Assembly: GCA_049519355.1 (NCBI GenBank) | Contig: JBEKQV010000003.1 | Span: 19,646-83,645, forward strand | Length of the DNA: 64,000 nt | Reading direction: 5' to 3' | From: Candidatus Microgenomates bacterium | GTDB lineage: Bacteria; Patescibacteriota; Microgenomatia; UBA8517 | Made by a program: the position numbers and the translations under genes | Shown here: positions 57,886-64,000 of the stretch, one piece after another | Layout: each line of letters opens with the position of its first letter | Numbering within the stretch: the first letter of the stretch is position 1 | The notes under the pieces: generated by a model | Seen by the model: only the letters and a program-made list of their open reading frames with translations | Database searches by the model: none | Told to the model about the DNA's origin: nothing

Positions 57886-59034
57886 TTATTGAGGAGATTC
57901 CGAAAGAGTAACTTTAATAGTAACAGTTTGACCGTTTCTCCAAACCGTAAGCGTTAGAGTATCTCCGGGTTTTTTTGCCGAAATTATTGTCCCTAAGCCA
58001 CCCGAGGAATCATTAATCGAATTTCCGTCAACTTTGTAAATAACGTCCCCTACTTCTATCCCCGCCTTTTCCGCCGGAGACCCCGAAACTACACTAACCA
58101 CATCCGCTCCCTGCGGAACCGAATTCAAAAGTGCAATTTGTTGAGTCAGCATTTGATACTCAACTCCCAAGTAGGCTTTAACAGGAAACTTCCCTGTTGC
58201 AGCGTAAGAGGCCACATCGGACTTAACAGTATTAATCGGAATGGAAAAGCCGATATTTTGTGCGCCTTGGGCAACAGCAACATTAATTCCTATAACCTGG
58301 CCTGCGGAATTAAGAAGAGGGCCACCAGAATTACCCGGGTTAATCGCGGCATCAGTCTGGATTACATTATCAAGCTGCTCAACATAACCTTGAAACTCAT
58401 CCCCTGCCGAAATTCCCCTCCCGAGTCCCGAAATAACCCCAGTTGTAACCGTATTTCTAAACTGCCCCAAAGCTGTACCTATGGCAATTACATATTGCCC
58501 TACTTGTAAATTCGACGAGTCGCCAAGCTGAACCGGTGTAAGCCCTGTAGCGTCAATCTTTATAACGGCAATGTCATTATTCGGATCCCTGCTAATTTGT
58601 TTTGCATCGTAAGTTTTTCCATCCGAAGTTGAGACTTTATATGTAAGAGTCGTATCGGCCACTACATGTTTATTGGTCACAATAAGTCCGTCGGAAGAAA
58701 CCACAAATCCGCTTCCGATATCAGACACGGTTCCACCCTGGGTCCCCTGAGTAAAACCGCCAAAAGGAGAAAATTGAATCACCTGTTGAGCAGGCGTCTG
58801 GGCCGAAACGGTAACCACAGAAGGACCGACATTTTTTACAACATCTATTACGTCACTTTGTTCATTGACAACCTTCTCCTGAAGAATTGTATTTGCTCTC
58901 GGGAAGAACTTATCAAGAGGTGCAAAACCATAAAGCCGATCAAGAGTCGCGCCGGAAAGTAAAACCGCAACAAGAAAAACCAAAACTGCAACTGCTATAG
59001 CCAACTTTTTCAAATTGACCTTTGCCTTCTTCAT
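57886..59034 (-). CDS. htrA: HtrA/DegP-family serine protease with PDZ domain
   Basis: GSGF, TNKHVV, DIAV, QTDAAINPGNSGGPL, PDZ. Confidence 0.95.
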   Translation of the reverse strand: MKKAKVNLKKLAIAVAVLVFLVAVLLSGATLDRLYGFAPLDKFFPRANTILQEKVVNEQSDVIDVVKNVGPSVVTVSAQTPAQQVIQFSPFGGFTQGTQGGTVSDIGSGFVVSSDGLIVTNKHVVADTTLTYKVSTSDGKTYDAKQISRDPNNDIAVIKIDATGLTPVQLGDSSNLQVGQYVIAIGTALGQFRNTVTTGVISGLGRGISAGDEFQGYVEQLDNVIQTDAAINPGNSGGPLLNSAGQVIGINVAVAQGAQNIGFSIPINTVKSDVASYAATGKFPVKAYLGVEYQMLTQQIALLNSVPQGADVVSVVSGSPAEKAGIEVGDVIYKVDGNSINDSSGGLGTIISAKKPGDTLTLTVWRNGQTVTIKVTLSESPQ

Positions 59035-59069
59035 ATTAATATATTTACTTCAGCTCTCTGAAAATTTAC

Positions 59070-60305
59070 TTAAAATGTATTTATTGCTCCCTGGAGCTGG
59101 GTATCGGTTGTATCCGTGTCCTTTGGAACAATTGTAACGTCGGGTGTCAAACCTACTCCGTGTACCCAAGTTCCGTCAGGTGTCAGCCACTTGGCGGTAG
59201 TAACATGCAGGCCGCTTCCTCCTGTAATATCAATCGGTTCCTGAATTGTACCCTTACCAAAACTTTTTTGGCCGATTAGTTTTATTCCCCTGTCATCACG
59301 GAGTGCTCCCGATAAAATTTCTGAAGCCGAAGCGCTTCCGCCATTTATCAGAACTACAACTTTATAATTCAAAAGTCTGGGAGCTCTATCTGAATTATAA
59401 TCCTGCTTACTTCCGTCACCGTTTTGCTGAATAACAACTGTCGCACCCGAAGAAACAAAGTCGGAGGCAATATCAACCGCCGATTGTAAATATCCACCGG
59501 GGTTATTTCTAAGGTCAACGATAATTCCTTGGACGTTTTGTTTGGCCAGAATTTGTGTTACCGCTTTATTCCACTCATCACTGGAAGTCGAATCAAAAGT
59601 AGAAATTCTAACATCAGCAATATTTGAATTCTTGCCCACCCATGAAAGTGTGACGGACGGGACAATAAGTTTGGCCCGCGTTAAAGAAACCACAATCGGA
59701 TTAGGGTCGCCATCGCGCATGATGGTTAAAGTCACAACAGTCCCCGCCGTTCCGCGGATATCATCAACTGCCGTCGAAAGATCCATGGTTTGAGAATCAA
59801 CGTTAATTCCTTTTTGGGTATCTGTAATGTGAACAATATAATCTCCTGGTTTAATTCCCGCTTTTTCGGCAGGAGAATCAGGCAGAGGTGCAATAACGGC
59901 AAGACGGGTATCCTTATAGCCAATTTCAATTCCCACCCCTTCAAAAGAGCCGCTTAGGTCGTCATTAACAATTTTATTTTGATCCGGCGGCAAATACATT
60001 GTGTATGGGTCCCCTACGGCAGCAACCATTCCCTGGATAGCACCATAAATCATCTTGGAAGGAACAAGTTTAGATTTGTCGTAATACTTGGCACTTAACG
60101 TGTCCCAAACCTGCCAAAAAAGCGAGAAGTCTACTTTTTGATCTTCCGGAGGAACCTGACGGGAAAAACTTATTTGAAGACTTTTGGTTACCCCCGCTTT
60201 ATAACCCTGAACTCCTAGAAAGTATCCGCCTGTAAAAATTGCGGCTACGACGATCACTCCTAAAATCAAATTCCGCACTTTGCCAAAACTCAATTTAATA
60301 CGCAT
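59070..60305 (-). CDS. ctpA: S41 C-terminal processing protease
   Basis: DPYT, GVGI PDZ, DLRNNPGG, SASASEI, SFGKG, G..PD. Confidence 0.93.
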   Translation of the reverse strand: MRIKLSFGKVRNLILGVIVVAAIFTGGYFLGVQGYKAGVTKSLQISFSRQVPPEDQKVDFSLFWQVWDTLSAKYYDKSKLVPSKMIYGAIQGMVAAVGDPYTMYLPPDQNKIVNDDLSGSFEGVGIEIGYKDTRLAVIAPLPDSPAEKAGIKPGDYIVHITDTQKGINVDSQTMDLSTAVDDIRGTAGTVVTLTIMRDGDPNPIVVSLTRAKLIVPSVTLSWVGKNSNIADVRISTFDSTSSDEWNKAVTQILAKQNVQGIIVDLRNNPGGYLQSAVDIASDFVSSGATVVIQQNGDGSKQDYNSDRAPRLLNYKVVVLINGGSASASEILSGALRDDRGIKLIGQKSFGKGTIQEPIDITGGSGLHVTTAKWLTPDGTWVHGVGLTPDVTIVPKDTDTTDTQLQGAINTF

Positions 60306-60344
60306 ATGAAAGATGATACTCAGTGAAAACGGTATACTCAAGCG

Positions 60345-60605
60345 TTAATTTAACGACGGGATGTAAGGAAGAAGGCCAAGGTGCCTTGCACGCTTTATCG
60401 CTTGAGACAACCTTCTTTGGTGTTTGGAACAAATTCCGGTTCTATCCTTACCCAAAACTTTGGCTCTGTCGCTCATATATCTTGACAGTGTCTCAACATC
60501 TTTATAATCCGGCTCGGTTCCGTTTTTATCAAACGGACAATTTACCGGTACCGGCTGTTCCTTAACCACCCTTCGTCTTTTTTTATTGTCTTTTTTCTTT
60601 GCCAT
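60345..60605 (-). CDS. rpsR: 30S ribosomal protein S18
   Basis: DYKD...L, TG...KHQR.L..AIKRAR.LGLLP. Confidence 0.96.
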   Translation of the reverse strand: MAKKKDNKKRRRVVKEQPVPVNCPFDKNGTEPDYKDVETLSRYMSDRAKVLGKDRTGICSKHQRRLSQAIKRARHLGLLPYIPSLN

Positions 60606-60608
60606 TTT

Positions 60609-61112
60609 TTAAAAGGGTATATCTTCCTCACTTGGCTCTTCCGCTTTTTCCTCTTTTTCCTCTTCTTTTTTCTCTTCAGTCTTCTTTACCTTCTTTGCCG
60701 GTTTTTCGGCAACTTCCTCCGGCGAAACTTGCGGCTCGGTTCCAACTTCAGGAATTTCAATTCCCCCTTCGGATTGATCTTTCTTATCAAGAATCACCAT
60801 ATCGTTTATTACAACTTCAGTACGCTGTTTTTGGGTTCCGTCCTGCCCTTGCCAGCTTCGGGTCTGAAGTCTGCCTTCCACATAAACTTTTCTGCCTTTC
60901 TTCAAAAGTTGGGCACAAATCTCAGCAAGTTTATTCCAGGCAACAACGTTATGAAACTCCACATCTTCCTTTTTCTCACCGCTTTCGGTGGTCCAACTTC
61001 TATTTGTGGCGACACCAAAAGTACAGACTGCCGTTCCTTGTGGTGTGTAGCGCATCTCAGGATCTCTTGTGAGATTCCCTATAAGCATTACTTTGTTTAA
61101 ACTCCGTGCCAT
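60609..61112 (-). CDS. ssb: Single-stranded DNA-binding protein
   Basis: NKVMLIGNLTRDPE, VYVEGRLQTRSW, C-terminal DIPF. Confidence 0.97.
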   Translation of the reverse strand: MARSLNKVMLIGNLTRDPEMRYTPQGTAVCTFGVATNRSWTTESGEKKEDVEFHNVVAWNKLAEICAQLLKKGRKVYVEGRLQTRSWQGQDGTQKQRTEVVINDMVILDKKDQSEGGIEIPEVGTEPQVSPEEVAEKPAKKVKKTEEKKEEEKEEKAEEPSEEDIPF

Positions 61113-61399
61113 TATTTGTCTTTTCTAATTAAAAGAAATCTTATCAAATCAGGATCGGTTCTGAGCTTATCATTCAAGGCCTTTACTCCGGCCGGGTCGA
61201 GTTCAATCTCAAAATAAAGGTAAAGCCCTGTGTCACTTTTGCCGATTTTATAAGCCAATTCCTTTACTCCCCACTCTTTAGTCTCTGTAACTACTCCCTT
61301 GAAAAGTTTCAAAACTTTGTCCAAATTTTCGGTCACTTTTTTCTTCTTGGCGGCTCCGGCTTTGCCATCCAGAACCAAGGTCAATTCGTATTTATTCAT
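61112..61399 (-). CDS. rpsF: 30S ribosomal protein S6
   Basis: KYEL, WG.KELAY.I, G.Y, IRFL; rpsF-ssb-rpsR order. Confidence 0.93.
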   Translation of the reverse strand: MNKYELTLVLDGKAGAAKKKKVTENLDKVLKLFKGVVTETKEWGVKELAYKIGKSDTGLYLYFEIELDPAGVKALNDKLRTDPDLIRFLLIRKDK

Positions 61400-61415
61400 A
61401 TCAGGGGAAATTATA

Positions 61416-62519
61416 TCAGCTTCCAATCTTGAACTCAACCACATCCCCGTCTCTCATTATGTAGTCACGGCCCTCAGACCTAACTTTGCCGAGCTCGCGG
61501 CAGGCTTTCCAACCGCCTGCCATAATGAACTCCTCAAAGTCAACAACGTCAGCCATAATAAAATTTTTGATAAAGTCGGTATGGATTACTCCGGCGGCTT
61601 CCTGGGCATTAATTCCCTTTTTGATAGTCCAAGCCCTGACTTCCTTCTCCCCTGCCGTAAGGAATGTAATCAGTCCCAGGGTCGCAAAAGCTTTTTGGAT
61701 TAATCTTTCTAAACCCGATTTTTTAATTCCCAGATCCTGCATATAAACTTTTTGGTCCTCTTCCGACAGTTCAGAAAGCTCGGACTCGGTTTTGGCACAA
61801 ATGGCCACAATTTGGTTTTTTTCGACCTTAAACTCTTCCGCATATTTGCTTTCCAGAAAGTCAGCGTCCTTAAGGGTACTTTCATCAACATTCAAAACGA
61901 CCAGAATCGGTTTACTGGTGAGAAGACTCAAACTTTTTGCAATTTTCTCTTCCTCCTCCGTTAATCCCGCCTCCCTGGCAGGAATCCCTTTTTGCAAAGC
62001 GTCTTTTAGTTTAATCACCACAGCCCACCATTTAATTAAATCCTTATCGGGAGTATTACCCGGATCTTTTTGCTTTTCCAAAGTTTGGAAATCGGCAAGA
62101 GCCAGTTCAGTTTCTACAACTTCAAAATCGGTTTTTGGATCCGTTACTCCTTGCTTAACAATATCGGGGTCGGTAAAAGCTCTGACAACATGACAAACCG
62201 CAGAAGTTTCGCGTATGTGAGAGAGGAATTTATTTCCGAGACCCTCGCCTTTGCTCGCCCCGGCAATTAGACCCGCAATATCTACAAACTCAACCGTTGC
62301 GGGAACTTCGGGTGGAAGACTTGTCATATTTTCGGCTTTTTTTGTCACCTCAGCAAGTTTTTTTAACCTTTCGTCAGGTACCGGCACAACTCCGATATTC
62401 GGCTCAATTGTGGCAAAGGGAAAGTTTGCCACATACGCCTGCTGCTTTTTCAGAAGTGCATTAAAAAGCGTTGACTTGCCTACGTTTGGTAAACCCACGA
62501 TTCCGACAGATAAACCCAT
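61416..62519 (-). CDS. ychF: Redox-regulated ATPase YchF
   Basis: GIVGLPNVGKSTLFN, NFPFATIEPN, DIAGL..GAS.GEGLGNKFL, TGS domain. Confidence 0.97.
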   Translation of the reverse strand: MGLSVGIVGLPNVGKSTLFNALLKKQQAYVANFPFATIEPNIGVVPVPDERLKKLAEVTKKAENMTSLPPEVPATVEFVDIAGLIAGASKGEGLGNKFLSHIRETSAVCHVVRAFTDPDIVKQGVTDPKTDFEVVETELALADFQTLEKQKDPGNTPDKDLIKWWAVVIKLKDALQKGIPAREAGLTEEEEKIAKSLSLLTSKPILVVLNVDESTLKDADFLESKYAEEFKVEKNQIVAICAKTESELSELSEEDQKVYMQDLGIKKSGLERLIQKAFATLGLITFLTAGEKEVRAWTIKKGINAQEAAGVIHTDFIKNFIMADVVDFEEFIMAGGWKACRELGKVRSEGRDYIMRDGDVVEFKIGS

Positions 62520-62588
62520 GAAGCTATTTTAACATTTTGCTTTCAATAAAACATTGAACTGGTGTGGATGTATAATCGGAATAAATAA

Positions 62589-63242
62589 ATGAACAAAATT
62601 AAACTGGCTACCTTATCTTCGTTGCAAAACTTATCACCAACATTTGCAACACTTTTACAACAGTTACAAATAATAAACCCTCAGTGGGTTTTGCTAGTAA
62701 GCTTCGGTGCGGGATTACTGGGAGTTTTCAGGGATCTGGCTGATGAGCGGGGTGTGGAATTGCTTGAATTCATAAAGCAATATAAAAGTGAGTTCTCGAA
62801 ATCTGTAATTTCAACGCCAGAATTTAAAGATGCTTTTGTCAACGTCTGGGAAATGCAAATACGGGAAAGTTCTAGCAGTAAAAGAAAAAGACTTCGGAAC
62901 TTTCTTTTAAATTTGGGGCGCGGTAAAACAATTGAATCTGACTTGCACACCAAAATATATACTATAGTTGAACAGATGACCGATGATGAAGCGAAAGTTT
63001 TTGGAATAATAATTCGAAACTCAAATCCAGAAAGTTTCAAGCAAATGAACTTAAATCCAACGGGCATAAATGAACTAAAAGGTTATCCTGAATACAATTT
63101 AATAGATATATGCAACTCTCTTAACGCATATCGGCTAATAACGATTCGGGACAATGCCACGATAGGATCTATGGTTTCAATTCAACAAATTACTCCTTTT
63201 GGGGAACTTTTTTATAATTTTGTTTGTAACGAAGGTTGCTAA
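62589..63242 (+). CDS. Hypothetical protein with probable C-terminal winged helix (DUF4393/Abi-alpha-like)
   Basis: KR..L.NFL, ..QMT..E..., L....LI, ITPFGELF pattern. Confidence 0.55.
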   Translation: MNKIKLATLSSLQNLSPTFATLLQQLQIINPQWVLLVSFGAGLLGVFRDLADERGVELLEFIKQYKSEFSKSVISTPEFKDAFVNVWEMQIRESSSSKRKRLRNFLLNLGRGKTIESDLHTKIYTIVEQMTDDEAKVFGIIIRNSNPESFKQMNLNPTGINELKGYPEYNLIDICNSLNAYRLITIRDNATIGSMVSIQQITPFGELFYNFVCNEGC

Positions 63243-63250
63243 AGTCAATA

Positions 63251-63706
63251 TTAATTTTGTTGAATTAATAATTGAGTTTTTTCAGCTTTCAATTGTTGAT
63301 CTTGATTTAGAAGGTTCTCTAGCATATTAGCAAGATCGGTCATACCAACCAGGCATGAGGTAGTTTTACAATTCTGGCCCTGTTGCATAGAACTTGATAT
63401 TTTTTGTTCCGCTTGAGAGTTTGTTACTAACTGCTGATCAATTTCATTAATCCTGTTTTGAATTGCTGGATTCGGTGTTGATGTTGCCTTATAAACTACC
63501 TTAATAGTAGGTTTTGGACTAGGTGTGGGGGTAACCTCAGGAGTTTGGGTAGGAGAAATAGCGGTTGGAGTTGGTGTTGGCTTAAATATACTTATACCGA
63601 AGACAAAGCCTTGATTGCTAATTAGGTTAGCAAAAAGCAACACAATAACTATTATCAGAAGTATTTGAGTCAGATGCTTCTTTACAAACTTCAACGTCTT
63701 TTTCAT
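63251..63706 (-). CDS. Single-TM PT-linker coiled-coil protein
   Basis: TM, PTPT linker, Q-rich helical hairpin with a Cys pair. Confidence 0.7.
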   Translation of the reverse strand: MKKTLKFVKKHLTQILLIIVIVLLFANLISNQGFVFGISIFKPTPTPTAISPTQTPEVTPTPSPKPTIKVVYKATSTPNPAIQNRINEIDQQLVTNSQAEQKISSSMQQGQNCKTTSCLVGMTDLANMLENLLNQDQQLKAEKTQLLIQQN

Positions 63707-63964
63707 CTCATTTTACATAGTTTACCACTATATCGCCTACTTAAATCATCTACGAAGACTGTTTACGGCAACTATACAGAAATAACATCTATTCATTTCT
63801 CATATTCTAGGATTCATAGCCGCTTTTTTAGCATATATAGTAGGAGTTTTTCTCTCAGAATAATCACATTTCTTCCTTGACATCTTTTCACGGATATCTT
63901 ATAAATAATTAAGGTTACGAATTTGTAACACTCGTTAATCTGATCTGTAGAGGGGGTGATTTAA

Positions 63965-64000
63965 ATGAAAGATGAACAGATGATGGGAAAGCACCACGGA
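63965..64000 (+). CDS. Start of a gene running off the window
   Basis: GGGGGTGA SD-like sequence then ATG AAA GAT GAA...; upstream GTTAC-N6-GTAAC palindrome. Confidence 0.35.
   Translation, partial: MKDEQMMGKHHG

Overview
Gene-dense, AT-rich bacterial chromosome segment. Gene content and style (short intergenic gaps, few Shine-Dalgarno sites, -10 boxes just upstream of start codons, Pro/Thr-rich exported proteins with VLGAST-type motifs) suggest Patescibacteria/CPR, probably Microgenomates; this is inference. Positions 1.2-31.4 kb are a large surface-glycan locus. It holds a priming sugar transferase, a plant-type RGP/UDP-arabinopyranose-mutase homologue, wzm/wzt, and an unusual tailoring cassette (PLP decarboxylase, 2-hydroxyacid dehydrogenase, HAD, orphan QueC, 2 methyltransferases, DegT, AhcY-like). 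It also holds an SxtK/J/I-like carbamoyltransferase unit, several GT4s, a GT4-TM-propeller-glycoside hydrolase fusion and two O-antigen-ligase-like genes. Positions 31-50 kb carry exported proteins, rsmA, yebC, a palindromic dif-like site near a single Xer recombinase, metK under a P4-less SAM-I riboswitch, gyrA, and a sortase with candidate substrates. An IS200 element at ~50.25-50.77 kb truncates a gene and coincides with an apparent flip in strand compositional bias. Positions 51-64 kb carry a compact 6S-like RNA, dnaB, an orphan hairpin sRNA, a HisRS lacking its anticodon-binding domain, rpmE plus an RF1 lacking domain 1, htrA, ctpA, rpsF-ssb-rpsR and ychF. All calls come from reading motifs by eye; no database search was run.
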